Positions 40,201-51,446 of a DNA stretch of 64,000 nt are shown piece after piece. The translations under genes were made by a program, and so were the position numbers. Each line of letters opens with the position of its first letter. The stretch's first letter is position 1. The notes under the pieces were generated by a model. That model was not told the origin of the DNA, searched no databases, and saw only the letters and a list, made by a program, of their open reading frames with translations. Source of the stretch: Lama glama (Eukaryota); contig CM052818.1 of NCBI GenBank assembly GCA_028534125.1, positions 124,001 through 188,000 of the forward strand. Direction: 5' to 3'.

Positions 40201-43200
40201 ATGACATTTACAAGTTCATGAAACACACACTCATTCTATTAACCTGCTTTTTTTGCACTATCATGGGAAGAATGGCTGGATTCTCCCTGAACCTGGAGTG
40301 TGTGTGGAGTGGTCTAAACAAAAATACAGACCATGTGGCACACAAAACAGCTCCTGCTACCAAAGAATTAGGCAGTCATTCTTCAGGAAAAGTTTAGGCA
40401 CAACCTGTGACAGAACCATTCAGCACCTGAGCAACTGTGTAGGTATAGCTTGTTCAAAGGAAATAATAGTAGCAATTTATTTAATAGTCATTACTGATTC
40501 CTCTGAGCAACAAAGGACTGGTCAGCCAAACACACATGCATGAGTACATATCCACGTGCACACATACGTTAAAAAAGCTAGAAGGAAATACCTAAAATAT
40601 TAGCAGTGGTTTTTCAGAGTAGGGATCCTCTAGAACCATGCTGATATGGTAGCTACTAGACGCAAATGGCTGTTTACGTTCAAATTAAAATTATACGTAA
40701 AATTTAATATTCTTTCCTTCAGTGGCACTAGTCACATCTCAAGGGCTCAGTAACCAACTACACGTCACTAGTGGCTACCGTATTAGACAACAAAGATACA
40801 GAACAATTCCACGGTCATATAAAGTTCTTTTGGACCCTACTGTTCTAAAAGACTTCTTATGTCCTTCTTTACACTTTTTGCAAATTTATTACAATATGCA
40901 TAGTAGTAGATTCCTCTTATAAACAGGAAAAAATGACTAAAAGAAATGAGGTTAACAGAGGAAGCGTTCACTCTAGAGATGCAAGGGAAATGATACTCTG
41001 GGGAGGGGGAAGCAGGCGGTCACAAGCGCTCTGGGAAGAACAGGGAAGGCTAGAAAGAGATGTGGGAATAATAGACATTCCGAGGAAAGGGAAGAAAGGA
41101 CACAGAAATTCCAACAGGAGGGGTGGGAAGGAGGCAATTACAGCAAGGCTCTTGTCTCTCCCCACTCACCAGCCATTACAGCTGCTGACCGCTGAGCTGG
41201 CTCAAAAGGGCATTTCCCCCGGCCACTCTCAAGTCTTTCCACCTCCTGGAAACTGGACACATCCTACAGACCAGAAGGGGGCAATTGGTTTAGAGGTCAT
41301 GGGGAGGTTCATGGTGAGAATTACAAAGATGGTCAGATGAAGAACAAACCCAATTCCATTCCCCTCCCTCCTCCCCCCGCTCCCCCACTACCATTCCCAT
41401 ATTCCCAGTCTGCTGATCCGGGCTCCCCCACCCACAACTTCATTTCCCATCTCTGCCATCCCTCTTTTCAGTTTATTTCTCTTCCCTCAACTCCCGTGGC
41501 ACCCAACCCCCATGTGCTCTGATGAAGGCTATACCTACGATTACCCTAGAAGACACTGAGAGGCTGAAAGGCAGATCTTTCCTCTGAAATGCCGAACTGT
41601 ACGGTCTGCAGATTGCCTGAGGATGTGCTGCAGGACAAGGAGGACCAGGGGAGAGAGCAGGCCTCCCAAGGGCCAGAGCACTTGGGAAGGGTAAAGAAAG
41701 TGCTTTATATCATAGGCATTTCTATATAAAGCACTTCAGGTGGGGAGGACCATCTGCAGCTCATGCTTCTAGAGAGAATGGCCACCCTTCCCCTGCTCCC
41801 ACCCCATGAATAAAAGACAGAAGCAGAATCAAAGATACACAGAAGCAAGGAAAAGCATCTGTAAAGTCCATGAAGACCTGAAGGTCAGGTCAGAATTTGA
41901 GGCTTTGGCAAGGAAGTGTCTTCCTCAGTCAGAGACTCCAGAGGTACTGAGGCGGGGGGTGGTGTGAGAGTTCCACCAGAGCCAGCCAGATGTTACCTTT
42001 CTTAACTGAGCATCCAGCACTAAAAGAGGCTTCAAGATAGCATGCAAAAACGAAAATCCAGATTTTTAACCTGGACTGACAGGGAAGTTAATTGTGGCCA
42101 GTTAGGGGTCAGAGTTACGGCATGGAAGTGCCAGGCATGATATTTCCAGTTCACAAACTAGGGTAGGGCACGGTGCTGCTGAGGCCTAACCACTGTGATG
42201 GCAGCTGGAGACGAGCAGCAGAGCTCTCCACCTCCTCGGCACCCTGGCCTGCTCTGACTGCTCTCTACCTGCTGTACTTGGCAAACATGGTTTTGTGTTA
42301 CTGAAAGAGCCTGGAAGAAGGCCTGTTAGAATTGGATGTTATCTGAGTCCCCCTCCAAAAGAATACTAGGTCAAGAATCTTCTGGAATGGAGGACCCCAC
42401 AGAAGCACAATCTCCTCCCCGGTGTGGCAGTGGGATCACCCCAGCCTAGGGAGAAAGATGGCAGTTCAGTGAGAGATGACCAAGATGTTTGGGCACTCTG
42501 GGCATGGCGTATGTCCCACTGCTGACGCCTGTCTTATCTCTCACCTAAACTACAAGACTCCCACCCAAGGTTAACATTCCTACACTACCGGTCACTGCCT
42601 TGGTAAGTGCTCAAGCCAGAGAAAGACGAAAACGGCTCACTATTGCCTCTTTAGTGCAAACTGCTTATTTTCCAATACCTCAAAAAATGAACTCTTTCTT
42701 CTAACCAAACCTGGAATCCTGTTATTCCTAGAAAACCAAGTACATTTTTCCCATCTCTATGCCTGAAATGACTCCCTCATGTTTCACTTAGGACTTAAAA
42801 AGAATGAGCTTTTGCTCAGTTCTCATTCTCTTCCATCTTCATGCACCATTGGGTACTTTTGATTCACTTCCCTCCTTGCAATATTCTATTTCTTAACTCT
42901 CTTGAAATTCTCCCCTCCTGGAGTCCCTCCTCCTGGCTGTTGTCTCTTTATCTCCTTTGGTTGTTTCTCTTTTCCTTTCTAGCCTCTCACCGTGTGTCCT
43001 TACTCCTTTTCACATACACTTTAAAGATCTCGTTCATTTTTACATTTCCAGCCAGACTTTCTATGCAGATCATTCCCCAAACTCTCCTAGTCTGATGTCT
43101 TCCAAACTTGATTGCTGGACTTCCTCACAGAGATGACCTACCAGCCCCTTGAAACTCAACATGTCAAACAAAGCTCGTCCTCTTCCAGTTTCCCCAAATG

Positions 43201-46200
43201 GCATCATCGTGTTATTCAGGTTCACAGCCTTGGAGTAAGTGAGTCTATTAACTACATAGGCTATGACTACTGTACAGTCAAAGCGATATTTAATTAGGGT
43301 CTTAAAGGGGTAAGACCCCTCCATCACATTCTCTATCTCAATGTTAAGATTCTTCATTATACAACCATTGCATCAGTCAGCACAGTCCTATCAACACCAG
43401 TTGTGGTGAAGTCAAGTCCCTCAAGTTGAAAGCCAGAGCTATGTAGGAAGGCAGGGTTGGAACCCATCCTTTGAACATGGCCAAGAAGGGTGCAAGGCAC
43501 ATGAAAGACCGTTCCCAAGTGGTTAGGGGGTTAAAAAAAGAAAAAGATTGTCCCTCTTACATGAAACAGATCAAATGTCACAAGAAATTGAAGCCAGCAA
43601 AGGTCTTCTTCTAGATTCCAGGGTAGTGGAGCAGAGCCAGACACATCTGGGTTTGAATCTTGGCTCTGCCTCTGCCAGCTATACATCTCAGACTTTTACC
43701 TAACTTTTCAGAACTTCTGTTTCATGGCCTGAAAAATGGAAATAAATACTATCATGGTGTATTATCACTATCATAATAAATAAGTATCATGATGTGATTG
43801 ATAAGAATTAAACTCAACTGTGAATGTAGAGTATTTACCACCAAGCCTGTGACAGAGTGGACACTCAATTGAATGGCAAGTCTTATTGTTGTTGGTGCTG
43901 TAGTTGTAAGTCTAACATTCTTCTGTTAACTGCTGGAGCTCCCTCTACAAAATGAGTTAAAAAATTTCCCTCCAGGGTCTGATGCGCTGTCACTGAAGGG
44001 CAGTTCTCCACGTTGCTGGAGTTGGTAGGTCCTATATGCTTGAACTTCCTTTTGGAAGCACCGTTAGTTCTCTGAGCCATCAACTCTGAGCAAGTTGTTG
44101 CATCTGGATCAGCTAGTCAAAGGTCTCAGATAATAGTTACACATCGTCTCAAAAAAAAAAGTTATAGATGGTCTCAGAGTCATTAGTCTGGGACATGAGA
44201 GGTTCAGCTCTAAGGATGAGGTAAGGACTTGCTCAAGCAGATGGGGATTGCCAGGAGGCAGGATGAGACAGATAAAAACAGAAGAGAGCCTTCAAGAAGT
44301 CCAGAGAGCAGTCTTGGGATTTTGAAGGGCTAACATAGTAGTTAGCTGTGTCCTATATTCTCCTACAAACAAGCCTTGACCAAAGGTTGCTCCTTCATTT
44401 CATGAGCCTGCTAGCTAGGAGGGTTCAGAGAAAGAATTAAAAGTCATACGCGTGCGAGACATAGGCCCCTGGCTTCACTCTCGGTTGCTGATAGTTCTCA
44501 AGAATGGAGAGGGGTCCAAGTCACGCCAATCCTGACAGGTATGTCCAGGACACTGTCTGTCTAGACACTTATCTAACAGTCGTTAGGGTCCCACCTCAGA
44601 GAGCCAAAGAAGAAACAGAAGGCCCTCGGGAACTAACTTGGAGTAATCGCATTGTCTGTGAACCATGGCTCCGTTATTCGTACCCATGGGCTCCCTGATT
44701 CCGTGCACACTGGGAAAAGGGCAAATGTGGCAATGGCGGTCCCACAGCTACTTTGTGAGCTTCGTGAGACTATGGGAAAACCAGACCCTCAACATTACCT
44801 GAACGGACATTGAGATTTTCACCACCACCCTGAACTAGGAAACCTCTCCAGGATGAGGGAGCTACCCACATCCCAGTCAGGAGTCTATGAACGGCATTAT
44901 GAAAATAACTCAACTTGAGCCCAGCTAACTCCAAGGACAGCCCAGAGGGACTGACTGAGGCGATCAAGCCTGTACAATTATAGCATTCTAAAACAGAGCT
45001 ATGAGGGTGATGTTTCACAAAGAGGAATTTGGAGGTACACACTGACTAGATCCATGCGGCAAGGATCACTGCAGACTGTAGGTCAAGTCAAGACCCACCA
45101 CTGAGGCTCAGGGCCAGGAAAGGGAGTTGCTGGAGCCCCTCCTATTCCTAGCACAAAGGGAGAAAAAGGTGTCTGGTGATACGAAAGACATGTGAGGCTT
45201 ATGACTCATCCTAGGGCCTGGTCACAAATACACGCTGCTGTAGGAACCGTGACTGACTGCTGGATAACTGCTGGGGAAAGCTGAGGGGTCACCAATTCCT
45301 GAGATGTCACCAATCCCAGGGACTTTTGAGGCCATGACTAACCTAGATGTGATTAGGGGTATCCATGTCCCAAGCTTGCCTGGGTGGGGGGCTGGAGACG
45401 CCCAGGGCCTTAGCAGCAATGAACAGGACCAAGGAGAAAACATGGTTGACAGAGTGCCAACCGTGAAGGCAAGATCCAGAGTATGGGGCCAGCAGGTGCT
45501 ATATTAGTGAGCAGTGACCTCAAAAGCCATGAGAGCAAAGGGTCACAGCCCACACAGGATGGGGCTGACAGTGGGGGTGAGAGGAGGTGGTGAAAGATAG
45601 TTACATGACATGGGAGGAAGAAACAGGTACGGACTATGCTGATTAAGAAATGGATGCAGGCGGCCTGGACAAAGCACGGAAAACCTGAGTTACACGCCCC
45701 TGAAGTTTCTCCCAGATTTACCCTCTCCTCAGCCCAGCTAGTGTCCCACTATGACTCCTTACACTCTGTATACCTCATCTTCTAAGGACAGCCTCCCGCC
45801 CCGCCCTTTTCACACCCCCCTCAGTGGCAGACAAAGGCTCTACCCTGTGAGGAAATCCCTCACCCCCAGTGCTCATCACGCACAAGGGCTGTCTTAAGCA
45901 TGATCCCCGTCACAGTCACTCACAGGAGACCCCTCCCAGCCTCCCACCCCTGTCACTCACAATAACCCCGCACTTCGGATCAAAAGCGAAGGTGCCACAA
46001 GTGAGGAGGTGAGAAGCATTGGCAATGGCGAGAATCTGGACAAAATTGTGACATTCGTCCTGAGGGTCAGAGATGGTTAGAGAGAATCAGAAGCAGCAGG
46101 TACAAGGAGAGGTGATGTTAGGACAGCTGATATGCAGCTCGGGGCGTGGTGTTAGAGTCCCTGCCTGGGCCCACTGGGTGGGAGCACGGCAGGGGGACTG

Positions 46201-49200
46201 ATGCAGAGCCAGGTCTGGGCCAAGGCCTCAGCTGACACTCAGGACAGGGCTGGGGTTTATACCTACCTCCTTCTTGCCTTTCTTGCTACAGTTCTGTCGG
46301 TGGGCCTCAGGCACGATCCAGTCAATCTAAGGAACAAGGAGTAACCATTTCCCTGCAGGAACTCCCCCAGTTCCTCCCAAGTCAGGGTCAGTGACACTGC
46401 TCTACAACCTCCATCAATCTGGGAACTTCAGAGATACATCCACCCCTTGACCCCAGAGCTTTGTTTTTCAAACTGGAGGTCTCTACCCACTGAGTCATAA
46501 AATCAATTGTGAAATGTCAACTAACATTACTTTTGATGAAACAGAATACATCAGAGTGTATCACATACAGGAGAGTAAATATTGTTTTGAGAAACTTCTC
46601 TTTCAGTACACACTTTGTGTACTGGATCAAAATGTACCATATATTTCTTACTAAAGGAGGGTCAGAAAAACTTGAAAACTGTTGCCCTAGAGTAAAATGA
46701 TTCTCGTTCATCCTCTGCCCACAGCCACCTGAAACCTGGTCACTGTGGCCTCCTCCCCATTATCATGACCCTCCCTCATAGCCTCCCCGGTCACCATGCC
46801 CCCCTCCATCACCCTCGGCTAAGATGATGAAGTTGAGGACCTACCCTTATTTTCACCAACACTCTGCCTCCTGTCACAACCCCCACCCCCGCCCAACACA
46901 TCCCATAAAACCATGGATCTAATCACATGCTCTGTGATCTGAGGTCCTCCCCACTCTCATCTCTCACCCTGCGGGGTCTCTCCCCTGAAAAGGGCAGAGA
47001 TAAAGCGAAGATGGTGTCCCGGGCGCCGACGTAAAGGGTGTGGGAAGCAGGATCCACGAGGAGAACAGAGTAATTGTATGTCTGGGGGATGGTGAACCGG
47101 GTGAGATAGGAGTCAGCCTCTGGCAGGAAGAGAGAGTCAAAGTGAGGAGTGATATCAGCCGTCACTTCATAAGGGTGGAGTCTGCAAGGGTAAAGCCAAA
47201 GTGGTCCGTTTTTGTTTTCTTCCCAGTACTATTTATTTAGCAAACTTAAGGGCAAAAACAGAGCCTTGACAGGCCAGCCATTTAACTTCCCCAGAGATAC
47301 ATAACTGATGACATCAGAGGACTTAGCACACACAATACAGCTAAGTATGCTTTCTCTATAAAAATAGAGCACTTTATTAAAATAGCGGCATAAATAGTAA
47401 GTCTGTAATTTCTATTCATAACAACATGATACATAATTTGAAAATACCTATAGAAGGTACAAATACTTTCTAAATTTCCTTTTTTTTCAAAAAAAACCAC
47501 TACTCAGTAGTGACTTCTTTTTACTTAGAGGGGAAATGTTTCACTCTCTTCACCAACACATTAGGAGACTATCTCCTCTCTCTGCCACCACCCTTTGTCT
47601 CAATCCCACCCTTGATCTCACCCCAATTCCACCCAAAGAGGTGGAGAGGTAGAGTGGGCATGAGTTCCGTGCTTTGGAATCGGGTCAGCCCAAGTTCAAC
47701 TGTGGCTCTTTCACTTACCAGACGTATGATCTTGAGTAAGTTAACTTGCCCTTTCTGAGCATCACTTTCCTCATCAGTAAACACCACCATCCAGGGTTGT
47801 TGAGAATTAAGTGAGATAGCATATGTAGAAGCATCTGACACATACGACATATTTCACAAACGGTTCCTTTCTTCCTTCGTTAAGCATGTGCTCTGTTTGG
47901 GCCAAATCTAAACCCATCTCAGCATTCAAAACTCTTATCTATTTAAGTATTATACAAAAAGAAACAAGCTAGCATGGGGGGAGAGTATCGCTCAAGTGGT
48001 AGAGTGCATGCTTAGCATGCATGAGGTCCCCAGTACCTCCATTGAAAAAGTAAATAAATAAATAAACCTAATTACTTTCCCTCCCTGTAAATAAATAAAT
48101 AAGTAGGCAAGCAAGCTAGCATAAATTTAACTTCTTAGCTCAATCTCTGGCTCTGGAAACCTGAATCAATACAGCTCTGCTCTACCTGCTTCACCTGCTC
48201 AGCTGCCCTCAAGACCAGTAGCATGGCCAGCAGCCGTGCACTTCCTAGATGTGGTGATGTATGGAGCCCCACCAACCCCATCCTCCCAGATCCATAATGT
48301 ATGGATCTGTACTCTGTCCCATACTTATCCCACCCAGCTGCCCCACCTTGTCCTATAGACCTTTCCGGATTCCTGGATATCAACCCAGCCTGGCAACCTC
48401 AGCTCCATGTTGCGGCTACTGTTTCAGCACAAACGGAAACCCAGGCTCTGACCACAACTGTATCTTCTGGATTCATAGCACCCCTATATGTCACTGGCCT
48501 GAAGGGACAGAAGTAGTTTAGAAGGCTCTAAGTTACCCAGTTGTGAGTTTTTGCCAACAGGTTGTACTCTCGGCTTCACTGGTTCCACCTGCCCACAGTG
48601 CTAACACTTAATGCCCACTGAGAAAAACATCACTTGTGCCCACCTCGGCAAAGAGCCTTTGAAGTGTGAATCACTCCAATAACCACTTTTTACATTGTGG
48701 CATCCCCCAGCTTTTTTCACATATTTTGAAGGGACATCTCCCTCTTCCTTTTTTCCCTTCTGAGGGCTTAAAAAATTGTTTAAACAGAATTTTAAGTCAA
48801 TTCAATGAATGGTTTTCCAACACTCAGTTTGGGAATGGATAGAGGGAGCAGGGAACTGAGAAAATCAGGAGGGTTATGGTAGATCCAATCACGGGAGAAC
48901 CGGAGTTGGTGTCAGAGATGAGAAGACTGGGGAGTGGGCTAAGGACATTAGGGCTGTGAGCAAGGCAGAAGGCTTGGAGGAGATTAGAACTAATGAATTT
49001 GAGAAGTGGGCAGATGGAAATTCTAGGCTGGTAATAGTAAGGATGGGTGTTTGCAGCTGTATGAAAGACCTATAGGTTTGACAGCAGAGTGGATGTCAGT
49101 CTGGCTTGACGGACACAGGTGCATGTGAGGGATGAGGGGAATAAGGGAGAGGAAACTTCGAAATGGACGACTTCCAGCAACCCCCGTCCTCTCCCTGGGC

Positions 49201-49669
49201 CTCAGTGTCCGCGTGTGCACGGGGAGGGGCTTAACTCTGCTGCGGTTCCGTGAATAATACGGGGCCGCGGGAGCCGCCTGGGCGTGTCGTGGGAACCGAG
49301 TCGCGAGGCCCGGGCCGGCTGGAGCAGCACCATGTGGGGGTCCCGCCCGCATCCCGGCCGGGCGTGGCCGGCGTGGGCGGCGCGGGACGCCGTGCGCCGA
49401 GCTGTGAGGATGCGACTGCCCGGACGGGGAGCGCAGGCAGGTCTGGGTACCTGAAAGCAGGGTCTGGGCGCGGGGCGCAGGGCTAAGGGCGAGGGCGCCC
49501 GCGCCTTACCAGAGATAGGAAGCGAGGTCCTGGGCACCGAGCGGGGCACGCGGCCAGACACCGAGCCGCTCAGCACCGCCAGCAGCAGCAGCAGCAGCAG
49601 CAGGAACGGGAAGGGCGTGACCGGGGCCGGCCCAGGGACCGGGCGTGGCCGCGCGGCAGAGACTGTCAT
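27613..49669 (-). CDS. SEMA4F: Semaphorin-4F, full spliced CDS: join(49669-49510,47119-46968,46326-46267,46059-45961,41263-41170,32207-32088,31986-31835,31235-31057,30860-30713,30579-30357,30219-30110,29995-29835,28538-28480,28223-27613); 2328 nt, 775 aa
   Basis: All 13 introns are GT-AG with matching phases and no internal stops. Signal peptide, Sema, PSI, Ig-like, TM and C-terminal ETSI PDZ-binding motif match recalled mammalian SEMA4F. Confidence 0.97.
28480..28538 (-). CDS. SEMA4F: SEMA4F exon 13 ([19 protein letters not shown])
   Basis: atag| and |gtgcgt, 59 nt. Confidence 0.93.
29114..29422 (+). mobile_element. L1 3' end in SEMA4F intron 12
   Basis: 3'UTR, A-tail, flanking agctggat duplication. 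Confidence 0.88.
29835..29995 (-). CDS. SEMA4F: SEMA4F exon 12 (PSI domain, [20 protein letters not shown])
   Basis: PSI cysteine motif; atag| and |gtgagt, 161 nt. Confidence 0.95.
30110..30219 (-). CDS. SEMA4F: SEMA4F exon 11 (DGHLHRAV...MKLYQ)
   Basis: ctag| and |gtgagt, 110 nt. Confidence 0.95.
30357..30579 (-). CDS. SEMA4F: SEMA4F exon 10 (CITNNMKL...[15 protein letters not shown]...LYLGT)
   Basis: ctag| and |gtatgt, 223 nt. Confidence 0.95.
30713..30860 (-). CDS. SEMA4F: SEMA4F exon 9 ([11 protein letters not shown]...VPQPRPGE)
   Basis: ctag| and |gtgagg, 148 nt. Confidence 0.95.
31057..31235 (-). CDS. SEMA4F: SEMA4F exon 8 ([23 protein letters not shown]...)
   Basis: Sema motif KWTTFLKA; ccag| and |gtgagg, 179 nt. 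Confidence 0.95.
31835..31986 (-). CDS. SEMA4F: SEMA4F exon 7 (PAFAAA...IYFFFTE...RVARVCA)
   Basis: Sema motifs YFFFTE and RVARVC; ccag| and |gtgagg, 152 nt. Confidence 0.95.
32088..32207 (-). CDS. SEMA4F: SEMA4F exon 6 ([13 protein letters not shown]...SWLN)
   Basis: gcag| and |gtgggg, 120 nt. Confidence 0.95.
32580..32764. mobile_element. MER5-like hAT MITE
   Basis: aaatgcagattcctgggccc...tttgagaaa motifs. Confidence 0.6.
33180..34050 (-). mobile_element. L2 fragment
   Basis: GA-rich L2 reverse-complement motifs (gagttcagttgttggacac; ccctgaggcaccaccatttga). Confidence 0.65.
34566..35100 (+). mobile_element. Solo ERV LTR of the same family, in SEMA4F intron 5, antisense to the gene
   Basis: 4-bp GGGG TSD; octamers 34770 and 34869; TATA 34906; AATAAA 34978; ends ...gcaaca. 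Confidence 0.88.
39955..40121 (-). mobile_element. tRNA-derived SINE in SEMA4F intron 5
   Basis: tRNA-like head; TSD aaagaatttt. Confidence 0.9.
40630..40846. mobile_element. MER3-like hAT-Charlie MITE
   Basis: atatggtagctactag...ctagtggctaccgtatt internal inverted repeat. Confidence 0.7.
41170..41263 (-). CDS. SEMA4F: SEMA4F exon 5 ([22 protein letters not shown]...)
   Basis: Sema motif GRGKCPFEP; gtag| and |gtgagt, 94 nt. Confidence 0.95.
43622..43880 (+). mobile_element. MIR
   Basis: ctgggtttgaatcttggctctgcc core. Confidence 0.7.
45961..46059 (-). CDS. SEMA4F: SEMA4F exon 4 ([10 protein letters not shown]...[13 protein letters not shown])
   Basis: Sema motif CGTxAFxPxC; tcag| and |gtgagt, 99 nt. 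Confidence 0.95.
46267..46326 (-). CDS. SEMA4F: SEMA4F exon 3 ([20 protein letters not shown])
   Basis: ttag| acceptor, |gtaggt donor, 60 nt. Confidence 0.95.
46455..46690. mobile_element. hAT-type MITE
   Basis: Degenerate TIRs ttttcaaact / aacttgaaaa. Confidence 0.5.
46968..47119 (-). CDS. SEMA4F: SEMA4F exon 2 (EADSYLTRF...GERPRR)
   Basis: ccag| acceptor, |gtgaga donor, 152 nt. Confidence 0.95.
47655..47870 (+). mobile_element. MIR
   Basis: Core tgatcttgagtaagttaactt...tttcctcatc. Confidence 0.7.
47976..48111 (+). mobile_element. tRNA-derived SINE in SEMA4F intron 1 (B-box deleted)
   Basis: TSD caagctagcat (47965 and 48112). Confidence 0.9.
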
Positions 49670-49920
49670 CTTTGCCACCGCCTGGCCGCCGGGGTGTGGC
49701 GAGCCCGGTAGACTCCGCTCAGAGCCGCGGCGCCGCCAGCCTCGGCCCCACTCGGCTCGCCTCGGTGCGGTTCGGCTTGCGGCTGCCGGACCGAACGCAA
49801 CCCGTCACCGCCCCTTCAAGAAAGTACCAATGAGCTGGACGATTTTCTCCTCCAACCAATAGGGTCGTGTGGAGGCGGGACTAAAGAGAGAAGTCCAACC
49901 CAGATAGAGGCGGAGCTAGA
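49160..49920 (-). promoter_or_regulatory. SEMA4F: CpG island / SEMA4F promoter with CCAAT boxes (49827, 49856) and GC boxes (~49872, ~49907)
   Basis: Dense CpG and high GC around exon 1; ccaat and gaggcgg motifs upstream of ATG. Confidence 0.85.
49510..49669 (-). CDS. SEMA4F: SEMA4F exon 1 coding part (signal peptide, [10 protein letters not shown]...RTSLPIS)
   Basis: ATG in gcaaagATGa context; donor g|gtaagg. Confidence 0.95.
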
Positions 49921-50550
49921 CCCAGGTGTAGGTGGGGGTTCTAGCTCCTTAACTGGGCTGGCTATGTCGCTCCAGGACCCTGAGTGGCGGGTTTGCAAAG
50001 ACTACTCCAAAACTCCAATTTCCGTATCTGTTCTAATAGGGAAAATATGTGAGTAAATGGGTACACGCACCAAGTTTCTCAAAATTATTGCTTTTGCAAG
50101 CATTTAATGAAGGCTTTCTATGTGACAATCACAAAGCGAAACACACAAGAACAAAATACAATACAGTGATATAAAAAAAAAATCATGGTCCTTGGCTTTA
50201 GGGAGCTCATAGTGAAATAAGACAGATACATAAACAAATAACTGCAAACAGATAATTGCAATACAAAGTGATTCATATTTACTATAATAATGTGCAATTA
50301 ATGCTCAGCAGGGATAGGTTTTGCCTGGAAAAATCAAGGTTTCACAGAAGTGACATCTGAATTAAGTGTTAAAGAATAAGTTGGACTTTGAGGGTGAAAG
50401 GTAAAAAACCGCCAATGAACATGTCCACTTGGATATACTGCAGACAAGACAAACACAGGGCCTGAGCATAATTTGCTATTTCTCCCTTCCCAACCTTTGC
50501 TCCTCCTTCAAGCCTTGGAGGTAATCTTTGCTTTCCCCTCTTTCATCCCC

Positions 50551-51446
50551 TGTTATATTAGTTATCTAGGCTGCATAACAAGTAACAAATTATTACAGCA
50601 TAATGTAGTAGCTTAAAACACCAATAACATTTACTATTGTAACTGAGCAGGACCCTATGGGGCCTTCCCAGAACAGACCTCCCACCCCCGTCCTCTGCCA
50701 GCCTCTTGTTTGTAGAAAAACTTTAGCCTCCTAGGCCTTCCCTGAGTTCCAAAGAATACATTTAATCAGAGAAGTGAGAAAATGCAGAAAGAAAGGAAAA
50801 TAGTCAAGCAAGACAAAATAGTAACAGTTTAGCCATTAAATGAAGGACGTTTAGTTCTTCCTCAAGGGCTACAGATAATATTCTGAGCCACATCTTTTGA
50901 TCTGTTTTGCAAAGACTGAAACTCCCCCCAGGTGGAAGAAGTTAACTGTAGACCCCACATGAGTTGGAACCAGAATGTTGATAATGTTGACCCTCACGGT
51001 TTCCCTTTGTTAGCAATTCAGGAATAGCTTAACTGGGTAGTCTGGCTCCATCTCTCTTGAGATTACAGCCAAGTTATTGCATGGGGCTACAACCATCTGA
51101 AAGCTTAACTGGGGCTGGAGGATCCACTTCAAGGATGCCTTACTTCCATGACTGGCAAACTGATGGTGTCTGTTGGCAGTCAGTTTCTGTTCCTCTTTAC
51201 CGGGACCTCTCCATGGGGCTGCCTGAATATCCTCGCATCACGCAGTGGCTTCCTCAGAGCAAATGATTCAAAGGAGCAAAATGAAAGTCACAATGCTTTT
51301 TATAATCTAGTCTGAGACATAACATGCAATCACTTCTGCCCTATTCTGTTGGTTACACAGGCCAACCCTGATGCACTGTAGGAAGGCGCTACACAAGGGT
51401 GTAATACAGCGATCTGGGGGACGCATCTTGGAAGCTGCCTACCACA
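50551..51446 (-). mobile_element. MLT1 (MaLR) LTR, split by the LTR fragment above
   Basis: Typical MLT1 motifs (ggctgcataaca...gcttaaaaca; ggggctggaggatccacttc; ...cctaccaca). Confidence 0.7.
50638..50992 (+). mobile_element. Truncated ERV LTR fragment nested in an MLT1 element
   Basis: Starts TGTAAC; interrupts MLT1-like sequence that resumes at ~50993. Confidence 0.6.

Noticed and set aside
49202..49678. 158-aa ORF with an upstream GTG start
   Set aside because: This is exon 1 plus intron read-through; the ATG at 49669 matches the orthologous start.
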